32,000 nt of DNA from Candidatus Iainarchaeum sp. (lineage in GTDB: Archaea > Iainarchaeota > Iainarchaeia > Iainarchaeales > CSSED10-239): the NCBI GenBank assembly GCA_937968065.1, contig CALBUD010000033.1:632-32631 (forward strand), in the 5' to 3' direction. Below, one piece after another: positions 7,042 through 14,854 of the stretch; the first letter of the stretch is position 1; each line of letters begins with the position of its first letter. The position numbers and the translations under genes were made by a program. The notes under the pieces are model-generated. The model searched no databases. It was not told where the DNA came from and saw only the letters and a program-made list of their open reading frames with translations.

Positions 7042-9930
7042 TTAGTTAACAATACATGCTCCTCTAGATGCAACCCATGCATTTTGATTTTCAGAAGCCA
7101 TCTCTCCTCCAAAGAAAGGTTTGTAAACTTCTACAGGATTATAATATACTTTTAATGAACTTCCAGAATAACTTATACATGCTTGTTTATCTTTAACAAG
7201 AGAAAAGATTTCACTTACATATCTTATATCTTGTCCAAATACATTGTTAAGTTCAACTGTTTTAGAACCATTGTTATTTAAAGTATAAAACATAGCATCA
7301 TCATCAAATGCTTCTTGATGTAAAACACTAATTCCTTGTCCTGTTCTAAAATTACTTGGTGTATAAAAGATTGTTCTTAAGAAAACATTTCCTCTTCTTG
7401 TAATATTTCTCTCTTCCCATTCAACACCATATGAAACTGTTTGACTTGGTGTTACTGGTGCAAGTCTTGAAGAGATTGCATGAATATCTGGTCTTCCATT
7501 AAATGCTTCAAGAACAGAAATTCCTGAAAAGTCAAGACATTCTCCAATACCTGTCCATGGAACTAAGGTTCCTGAGGTTAATGCTGGTTCTCCTCCAAGG
7601 TTTTGTGGTCCACCAATATCAAGCTTATAGAAACTATAAGCATTGTTTGCTTGATTTGAAACTTTTAAACCAACTGGTGTTGCTCTTGAAGGTATAAAGT
7701 AAAGCTCTGGATTTGTTTTTGTTGCTGAAAGATTAATGTTAAGAAGCATACCTCTAGTATCTCCATTATTTAAGAAAGAAAACTCATTAGGTTGTTTTCC
7801 GTATTCTTTAACAGTTACTGTATTAATTGTATTTGATTGAGTAAAAGGTTCTGTTCTTAAATATTGATTTGTTGAAAGTTGATCAATAGTTACAATATCT
7901 CCAACAAAGTCAATACCATATCCTTGTCTTGCATTTTCAGAATCATATCCTACAAGACCATTAAATGGCATATAGTAAAGAGGAGAATCTCTTTCAGGTG
8001 CTTGTTCTCTTGAAAGAACTATATCAACTTTTCCTGTAATGTTTCCTGTTGTTTGATCAAATAAATTCCATTGATCATCAAATTCAACATCAATTAAAAC
8101 ATTATATCTTCCAGGGCTTTGAAGTACAAGTCTTCCTGGTTCTGAATCAAAGGTTGAAAGGAAATTAAATTTATCTGAAACAACATACTTATGATATTTG
8201 TTTAGATAATCTGTTGGTGCTGCTGTTATTGTAAATCTATAATATCTATCAAAATCTTGTTTAAAGTCATCTGAATAACCATCTTTCATTAAATAAGATC
8301 TAAACTCATAAAATGAAGTGTTTAATTTTACATTTCTTGAATAAAGATTTATATTTCTTGAATTTTTAGAAATATCACAAACTTCTGAGTTTGGTGTGAA
8401 TATATTTTCTAAAAAGTTATCAGAATCAATATCTAAATCTCTATATGCTTCTTCAAGTCTTAAAACAGCAGTAACTTTAAAGAGAGTTTCATCATCAAAG
8501 ATAACACCAACATCAAATTCTTCTTCTCCTTGATAAGCATTATCTACAAAGTCAGATATTTTTAATTGTATTATTTTTTCTTCAATTTCTACATTGTCTT
8601 TATAAACTGTTAGATAAAGCTCTCCATAATCTGCTAAAACTGGTTCGTTTTCTGGAATATTAAATGAACCTTCTATTCTATAATCTACATTTACAAATCT
8701 ATCTTCATAACTTGAATTTAAAACAGTTATTCCAAGATTATTATTTTGTGAAACTAAACTTTGAGTAACTCCTGGTGTTGGACAAGTAAATGAAGATTTA
8801 TTTGCTTGAACAAATGAATCAATCTCTCTAAGTTTATTTAAAACTTCAATTGTAAATTGTGTAGAATCACAATAAATATATGGTTTGTTATCTTGTCCTG
8901 TAAGATCAGCATCACACCAATTTCCTGTGTTTACTTGCATTCCCGAAATTGTTGAAACTTGTCCTGATTGAGAGAATGTCCAATCAAGAGCGATGTGTGG
9001 CAGAGCTTCAGAACCTGTGTTTCCTAGAATCATACCGTTATCTGCAATACAGTTAACCATATCAAGTTCTAGAGAATCTTCTATTTGATCTCTAACATAA
9101 GAGTTAAAAACTAATCTAAATTGTTCTGTTTTTATGTCTGTTGATTTATTATCATTTATTTTTTTTATAAGTTCTTTGTTTGTTCCATCTAAAAATCTAC
9201 TAATCTTTATAAAGTTTGCACCTGTTGTGAATGGTACAAAGATTATTGATGCCCAATTCATATTAAAAATATCTGAAAATGAAAGTTCATAATCAACATT
9301 TTGTGTGTATGTTGAGATTGGATATTTTACTAAAAAGTTTCTATATTCATATTGATGTTCTATAGTTCCTTTTGTATCTTCAAATAAAATTTCTCTTTTT
9401 TGTACAGATACAGGTTCATTATTTGTATCAAAGACTTTTACAAGATTTGTTCTTTCTGCAAGTCTAAATGTTGGTGAATTTTGACCATTATCAATTTCTG
9501 AAAAATTTCTAATATTTATAAATCTTGCATCTAAAACATTTTTATCTGTTAAAAGCATGTTATCAAATAAAACTTCTTGAGTGATTTTATTATTTGTTAA
9601 ATGAGTATCATAAGGTGTAAAATAATCTTGATCTTCTTGAGAGATGTTAACTTTATCTCTATCTAAAGCATAATCAATTTCAACTTTTGAAAGTTTTGAA
9701 AAAGTATTTATTGCTGAAATAGTTCCCATTAAAGCTCCATGAATGATTGGGTTAAGTCCAAAAACATTTGTTAATATTTTTTGTCCTCCATCAATTGCCC
9801 ATTCAACAACTGCTTTTTTGCCTGTTTCTGTTGCTGCATTTTGAATCTCGTTTGCAGAAATTGGAGCTACAAAAGATAGCATAAAAAGGGCTATAAGGAT
9901 TATTCCAAAAATTTTATTTATATTTTTCAT
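7042..9930 (-). CDS. Secreted 962-aa protein with a Sec-type signal peptide. It is a stand-alone homolog of the C-terminal module of the giant paralogs.
   Basis: Complete ORF, ATG at 9930 and TAA at 7042. The N-terminus MKNINKIFGIILIALFMLSFVAPISA/NE has n-, h- and c-regions. GGTG lies 8 nt upstream of the ATG. By-eye alignment to paralog D includes PGRYNVLIDVEF/PGKYRIKIDFLF, SPLYYMPFNGLVGY..RQGYGIDFVGDIVTID/SVFYRLPFNGFVGQ..RQGYGVTYTGDTIRID and ALDWTFS..YCDSTQF/SLDWSWS..YCDATQL. Confidence 0.93.
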   Translation of the reverse strand: MKNINKIFGIILIALFMLSFVAPISANEIQNAATETGKKAVVEWAIDGGQKILTNVFGLNPIIHGALMGTISAINTFSKLSKVEIDYALDRDKVNISQEDQDYFTPYDTHLTNNKITQEVLFDNMLLTDKNVLDARFINIRNFSEIDNGQNSPTFRLAERTNLVKVFDTNNEPVSVQKREILFEDTKGTIEHQYEYRNFLVKYPISTYTQNVDYELSFSDIFNMNWASIIFVPFTTGANFIKISRFLDGTNKELIKKINDNKSTDIKTEQFRLVFNSYVRDQIEDSLELDMVNCIADNGMILGNTGSEALPHIALDWTFSQSGQVSTISGMQVNTGNWCDADLTGQDNKPYIYCDSTQFTIEVLNKLREIDSFVQANKSSFTCPTPGVTQSLVSQNNNLGITVLNSSYEDRFVNVDYRIEGSFNIPENEPVLADYGELYLTVYKDNVEIEEKIIQLKISDFVDNAYQGEEEFDVGVIFDDETLFKVTAVLRLEEAYRDLDIDSDNFLENIFTPNSEVCDISKNSRNINLYSRNVKLNTSFYEFRSYLMKDGYSDDFKQDFDRYYRFTITAAPTDYLNKYHKYVVSDKFNFLSTFDSEPGRLVLQSPGRYNVLIDVEFDDQWNLFDQTTGNITGKVDIVLSREQAPERDSPLYYMPFNGLVGYDSENARQGYGIDFVGDIVTIDQLSTNQYLRTEPFTQSNTINTVTVKEYGKQPNEFSFLNNGDTRGMLLNINLSATKTNPELYFIPSRATPVGLKVSNQANNAYSFYKLDIGGPQNLGGEPALTSGTLVPWTGIGECLDFSGISVLEAFNGRPDIHAISSRLAPVTPSQTVSYGVEWEERNITRRGNVFLRTIFYTPSNFRTGQGISVLHQEAFDDDAMFYTLNNNGSKTVELNNVFGQDIRYVSEIFSLVKDKQACISYSGSSLKVYYNPVEVYKPFFGGEMASENQNAWVASRGACIVN
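9853..9930 (-). other. Sec-type signal peptide of the 962-aa protein, predicted cleavage after ISA.
   Basis: MKNINK forms the n-region, IFGIILIALFMLSFVAP the h-region and ISA the c-region, followed by NEIQ. Confidence 0.75.
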
Positions 9931-9938
9931 ATTTTTTA

Positions 9939-9942
9939 CACC
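9939..9942 (-). promoter_or_regulatory. Shine-Dalgarno-like (A)AGGTG, 8 nt upstream of the 962-aa gene ATG.
   Basis: The minus strand reads AAAAAAGGTGTAAAAAATATG. Confidence 0.55.
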
Positions 9943-10013
9943 TTTTTTTTAAATAAATTTTAAAATATTTATTCTTTTAATTTTTCACACTCATTTTTTT
10001 TTAATTTTTCATC

Positions 10014-13000
10014 TTAAGAAGTTTCATCTTCAGAAGTTTCATCTTCAGGAGTTTCATCCTCAGGAGTTTCATCGTCAGGAGTTTCATCGTCAGGAGTTTC
10101 ATCCTCAGGAGTAGCATTCAAAGAATTATACTCAGATCTCTTAAGTTCTTCTTCAAGAGCTTTATTTGCTTCTTTAATTGCTTTTGCATCATCTCCATCT
10201 TTTGCAGTCTTTACTCTATCAACTAAAGTATTTAAAACATTTTTTCTTGTATCTGAAAGTCCATCAATTGTAAGTGCTCTTTCAGCTTTATCTAAAAGCT
10301 CTGTTGAAGACTCAAGTTGTTTATTAAGATTTGCTCCAAATAACTTTCCTTGTAAAATACCAGAGATAACACCTGTGTAAAGTCCATCTCTAAAGAAAGA
10401 TGCTGCAGCTAACTTCCATTTTGCATCATTTCTTACAGTAAACTGACCATAAACCTCTTGACCATAACAAAGATTAATAATATTTGTAACATCATATGAA
10501 GATGCAGGTAAAGTTAATCCTGTATTTTCAGAATATTCAGATCTATACAAATCAAACTCATATCTTTCAAGATCTATACAATAATCTGTAGGTCTTACAT
10601 ATGCTTTTATTTGTTTAATTGGTCTTTCTGTTTGTCTTGAAACATCCATTTCAGAATAAACATTTAAGATGTATGCTCCAGGAATAGCACCCATGTTTCT
10701 TACAATGATAGGATCACTTGTCCCTGTACTTGAAACCTCTATGTTGTTTCTAGGTTCAATTACAAGACCTGCACAATCATCACAAGAGATTCTATAAACA
10801 GTATCTATTGGACATCCTTTATTTTCAATAGTAAATTCATCAACACCTTGTCCAACATTTAAGGTACTTTTTGAAAACACAACACAATCTCTTAAATTTG
10901 TAACATCAATCTCAAAATTAAACTCTGATAAGATTTCTTGCTCTCCAGTTCCAGTACTGTTTAAAGATCTAAATTGTATCTTTCCAGTAACTTTTCCTTT
11001 CATTCTTCCAACAGGTTCATATCTTAAGATTATAGGATAACTTCTATCTCTATCAACTGTGCTTAAAAGATTTCTATAGTTTCCATGTGTAAGTTCAATA
11101 AATTTATTATCAATTGTTATTAAGAATTTTCCTTGAGGATTAGAGTCAAATACAACTCTTGCATCAAGTCCATTTGAAAGTGGCATTCTTGTGTTATTTA
11201 TAGAACAATTATTTGTAATCATAAATTGTGTTTCAACAGGATTATTTAAAGAAATTTCTTTCCAAAATCCATCAGATAAAGAAAGACAATTTGAATTTTG
11301 AAGCATACCATCAAATCCAACATTTACTCTTATTGGAAGTTCTGTAACCCAACTTGAGTTTCCACTTTTTAAAACTATTTTTAAAGTAGCTGAAAGATTT
11401 TGTAATTCTCTAATAGCTTCAGATCTTGGATTAAGACTTATAGTTAATGGTATTTGTTTTGAAGAATCTGTATTATCAGGAACTTCTGAAATTGTATCAA
11501 GTCCTTTAATAACAATTCCTGCACTATTTAAAAGATCATTATTAATTCTTAAAATATCAATTATTTCAAGACCAGTTCCTTTAACCTCTAAACTCTCAAT
11601 TGTTAGATCTATTGGAGATATATTATTTATTGTAAAGGTTTCTGTTCTTTGTTTTTCTTCAAAGACATTTAAAGAGTATGCTAAAGTTCTAGGAGTAATT
11701 GTAAATAATCTATCTGTTGTTGTAATTTCTTTTATTAATGTTTCATATTCAGGAGCAGTTATATAGATATATACTTTATCATTAACTGCTTGTGCTGGAA
11801 TATTTGAAATTGTAATTTCTCCTGTTATTGGCATGTTTACAGGACCTCTAATAGTATCTTTAAATTTATCTTTAATTGTAACTGTTGTATCTTTAACTGG
11901 AAGTTTTGTTTGGAAATCTTTTGCTTTAACAACTAAATCAAAGTTTTTACCAGAAGGTATGATTTGTGGTTCAACTGAAACTTCAAATGTTTTTTCAGAA
12001 GCAACTTCAATAAATAATTGATTTACAAACCTAGTTCTTTGATCAGAAATAAATCTGATTGAAAGATTTCTAGTACCCTTCAACTTAGGTGTGAAAACAA
12101 CCTCACCTGTAACTTTTTGTCTTGAAGTAAGTTCTGATATTGGTATATCAAATCTATACTCACTAGGATTATTTTGTAAGAAAACCTCACCATTTGGTTT
12201 TACAATTCTTATACTTTTTATATCAAGACCTTCATCAAGATTTTCTAAAATAAATCTTGAAGTTATATATCTAGTTTCATTACTGTTGTTTATTAAAGTA
12301 AATGAATATTTATAATCTTTATTTGGTTTTGCACCAAAGTTATCTGAAACATCATATCTTAAATCTTCAGAAATATCTATGATGGTTGAAGTTAAACAAA
12401 AGTCAGTTGAACAGAAAAGTTCATCTCCAACTCCATAAGTATCTGTGTTATAAACATCATAATATTCAATTAAATTATTTTCACCAAAATATGGATTAAA
12501 AGTTTCATAAGCTCCTTCTTTTGTAAGACCATAACCTAAAGAAAATAATTTTAATTCCTCTCCAAACACAGCTGTATCTTTAACAGATATTATTGCTGAA
12601 ACTTCATAAACATTATAGTATCCTAAAGGACCAGTAACTTCTAAAGGACCTTGTTTTAAAGTTGCTTTTGCCCATTTAAAATCACTTTCAGTTAAACTAT
12701 CAGCATCATATCTTCCTTCTGTTTCATGAGGAGGGGTCATATTAAATTGTGTATATTTTTGTATGCTATCAAGATATGGTACATCTAAATATTTTATAAA
12801 CAAAGCATCATTTTCAATCATTGATGTTGAGCCTGTTCTTAAAATAAAACCAATCTCTTCAAACACATCATTTCCAGTTCTGTTTTGTGGAACTGATAAA
12901 TAATATCTAACTTCATAATCTTCTCCAGCCTTAAGATTATCTTTAATCTCAAGACCATCTCTAAAGATTCCAATTTTTTCAATTCTTGGTTTTGTTAAAG

Positions 13001-14825
13001 CACTATTAAAATTAAATAAAGTAACTTCAAGTTCTGTTACAACATCTCTTGAAAGTCTTACAAATCTTGATTGTGTTTTTCCAAAGTCTCCATCAATTAA
13101 TGGAGAGGCAACAACATAATAATCAACATCTGCATCTAAATTAAATTCAACTCTTCCATCTGAGTCAGTATCAATACTTCTTATAGGTATTGCTGGAAAG
13201 TTACTATAATAGCTATATCTATCATAAAGATCTACTCTTGCATAAGATACTGGATTTTTTTCTTTATCTATAACTCTTACACTTAAAGTTCCTTCACTTA
13301 TACCCATTGGAAGAATAACTGTTCCTGTAGCTTCAGGGAATTTTACATTAAATTCAAATTCAATTTCTTCTGAAACATTATTTCCTTTTACAGCTTTTGC
13401 AATATATCTTCCAGAAGAGATATTATAAACAGCATTTCCATCATAGTTTGTAACAACTGGTTTATAATCTGATAAAAAGCCTGTATCTGCATCATATAAG
13501 ATTACTTTTGCAAACTTATATCCTCTACCATCCCAACCTAAAACTCTTACATTTAATGGTGCTAAAGTTTCAGGAGTTATAACTCTTAAGTTTATAAGTG
13601 TAGGGTTTGTTGGCATAGTTTCTATTGCTTTTATAAGTTTTCTTTCTATTAAATAACCTTCAGCATCAACAACAACATTATAATCTTTAATTTCTGGAAC
13701 TGTGAAAATAACAAAACCATTTACATCTGAAAGTTTTGTTTGAAGTGTTTCGTTAATTGCATTTTTAAGACTAACTTCTGCATCTTCAACAACTCTGTTT
13801 CCTTGTCCAAGAATCTTTACATAAATATATCCTGAAACATCTGAAGATAAAACCACATTCTTTGTTAAATTTTCTGTAACAAATAACATTTCTGTTTTTG
13901 AAGAGTATAAAGGAACACTTCTCATATCTGTGTAAGTTACAGTGTAATCTCCTTTTACAACATCTAAGATATTACAAGTACCTGCAGTTGAGGTAAGACA
14001 AGAATCTACAAGCCCATAACTATTTGATAAAGCAACTTTTATGTTTGATAAAGGTTCATTTGAAGAATTTTTAATATTGAAAGAAAGATTATAACTTCCA
14101 GGAGGACCAAAATCAATATCATCTTGTTGTAATTCTATTTTTAATGTTCCATTTGTTATTGCTACATTATATCTTGATAAATATCCATTAAAACTAATAG
14201 AATCAATCATTAATTGACAAGCTGGATTTGCATCAACAGTAACATTTCCATTTGATAGGCTTTGACTATTTGGTGCTAAAACATTATTTAAACATTTATA
14301 ACTAATATTTCCATTTCTGTTAATAACTTCACCTGTCTGAGCATCAACCACACTAAAAGTATATCTTACTGTTGGTGGAGTTACGCTAATTGGTTCTAAA
14401 GCAATTGTTATGGTTTCTGATATTTCTTGTGAGAAATAAAAATTTTCATATTCTTGATAACCGTCTTTCTGTATTTTAACTTCATAAGAGGAATTTCTCG
14501 GAACTTTTATTTTTTCTGTAAGTCCAGAGGAATCTGTAAGATAGGTTGAGATTCCTTGAGTTGTGGTAACCATAACAGAAGTATCTTCTAAAAAGGCACC
14601 ACTCTCTGCATCAATCACCTTAAACTGAATATCTATAGTGTTTGCAGTTCCTTTTGGAAGCAATAATAACACTATTCCAGCAATTATAATTAATATTAAA
14701 AGAATAAATAAAATAAATGAAGGCATCACCTTATCTATTTTATCAGTGATCTTATAAAGACCAGTTCTTTCAACAAAATTATAGTATCTATCTTCTAGAT
14801 TATAGTAAAGTTTTTTAAGTCCCAT
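10014..14825 (-). CDS. Giant N-terminally anchored surface protein, paralog C (1603 aa), with a coiled-coil and acidic repeat tail.
   Basis: Complete ORF, ATG at 14825 and TAA at 10014. AGAGGT lies 8 nt upstream of the ATG. The leader is MGLKKLYYNLEDRYYNFVERTGLYKITDKIDKV, followed by the TM helix MPSFILFILLILIIIAGIVLLLL. About six 85-aa repeats of V-x-D...G..Y.....GY type follow, then Cys-bracketed modules such as TFTINNISPIDLTI and EFTIENKGCPIDTV. An ORF this long is very unlikely by chance in AT-rich DNA. Confidence 0.95.
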   Translation of the reverse strand: MGLKKLYYNLEDRYYNFVERTGLYKITDKIDKVMPSFILFILLILIIIAGIVLLLLPKGTANTIDIQFKVIDAESGAFLEDTSVMVTTTQGISTYLTDSSGLTEKIKVPRNSSYEVKIQKDGYQEYENFYFSQEISETITIALEPISVTPPTVRYTFSVVDAQTGEVINRNGNISYKCLNNVLAPNSQSLSNGNVTVDANPACQLMIDSISFNGYLSRYNVAITNGTLKIELQQDDIDFGPPGSYNLSFNIKNSSNEPLSNIKVALSNSYGLVDSCLTSTAGTCNILDVVKGDYTVTYTDMRSVPLYSSKTEMLFVTENLTKNVVLSSDVSGYIYVKILGQGNRVVEDAEVSLKNAINETLQTKLSDVNGFVIFTVPEIKDYNVVVDAEGYLIERKLIKAIETMPTNPTLINLRVITPETLAPLNVRVLGWDGRGYKFAKVILYDADTGFLSDYKPVVTNYDGNAVYNISSGRYIAKAVKGNNVSEEIEFEFNVKFPEATGTVILPMGISEGTLSVRVIDKEKNPVSYARVDLYDRYSYYSNFPAIPIRSIDTDSDGRVEFNLDADVDYYVVASPLIDGDFGKTQSRFVRLSRDVVTELEVTLFNFNSALTKPRIEKIGIFRDGLEIKDNLKAGEDYEVRYYLSVPQNRTGNDVFEEIGFILRTGSTSMIENDALFIKYLDVPYLDSIQKYTQFNMTPPHETEGRYDADSLTESDFKWAKATLKQGPLEVTGPLGYYNVYEVSAIISVKDTAVFGEELKLFSLGYGLTKEGAYETFNPYFGENNLIEYYDVYNTDTYGVGDELFCSTDFCLTSTIIDISEDLRYDVSDNFGAKPNKDYKYSFTLINNSNETRYITSRFILENLDEGLDIKSIRIVKPNGEVFLQNNPSEYRFDIPISELTSRQKVTGEVVFTPKLKGTRNLSIRFISDQRTRFVNQLFIEVASEKTFEVSVEPQIIPSGKNFDLVVKAKDFQTKLPVKDTTVTIKDKFKDTIRGPVNMPITGEITISNIPAQAVNDKVYIYITAPEYETLIKEITTTDRLFTITPRTLAYSLNVFEEKQRTETFTINNISPIDLTIESLEVKGTGLEIIDILRINNDLLNSAGIVIKGLDTISEVPDNTDSSKQIPLTISLNPRSEAIRELQNLSATLKIVLKSGNSSWVTELPIRVNVGFDGMLQNSNCLSLSDGFWKEISLNNPVETQFMITNNCSINNTRMPLSNGLDARVVFDSNPQGKFLITIDNKFIELTHGNYRNLLSTVDRDRSYPIILRYEPVGRMKGKVTGKIQFRSLNSTGTGEQEILSEFNFEIDVTNLRDCVVFSKSTLNVGQGVDEFTIENKGCPIDTVYRISCDDCAGLVIEPRNNIEVSSTGTSDPIIVRNMGAIPGAYILNVYSEMDVSRQTERPIKQIKAYVRPTDYCIDLERYEFDLYRSEYSENTGLTLPASSYDVTNIINLCYGQEVYGQFTVRNDAKWKLAAASFFRDGLYTGVISGILQGKLFGANLNKQLESSTELLDKAERALTIDGLSDTRKNVLNTLVDRVKTAKDGDDAKAIKEANKALEEELKRSEYNSLNATPEDETPDDETPDDETPEDETPEDETSEDETS
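10017..10109 (-). repeat. Six tandem copies of a 15-bp unit, in frame, encoding the acidic tail (P[ED]DET)n at the extreme C-terminus of paralog C.
   Basis: The plus strand reads agaagtttcatcttc agaagtttcatcttc aggagtttcatcctc aggagtttcatcgtc aggagtttcatcgtc aggagtttcatcctc. The protein tail is PEDETPDDETPDDETPEDETPEDETSEDETS followed by the stop. Confidence 0.95.
13020..14650 (-). other. Array of about 6 prealbumin/CarboxypepD_reg-like repeats in paralog C.
   Basis: Examples are IDIQFKVIDAESGAFLEDTSVMVTTTQGISTYLTDSSGLTEKIKVPRNSSYEVKIQKDGYQEY and LSVRVIDKEKNPVSYARVDLYDRY...TDSDGRVEFNLDADVDYYVVAS. Boundaries are approximate. Confidence 0.6.
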
Positions 14826-14833
14826 ATTTTATA

Positions 14834-14839
14834 ACCTCT
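14834..14839 (-). promoter_or_regulatory. Shine-Dalgarno-like AGAGGT, 8 nt upstream of the paralog C ATG.
   Basis: The minus strand reads CTAAGAGGTTATAAAATATG. The gap to the upstream gene is only 29 nt. Confidence 0.6.
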
Positions 14840-14854
14840 TAGTTAAAATAAAAT

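Noticed and set aside
10017-10109. A 15-bp direct repeat array as a possible CRISPR or regulatory repeat.
   Set aside because: The units are contiguous with no spacers, are only 15 bp long, and are in frame inside a CDS encoding an acidic peptide repeat.
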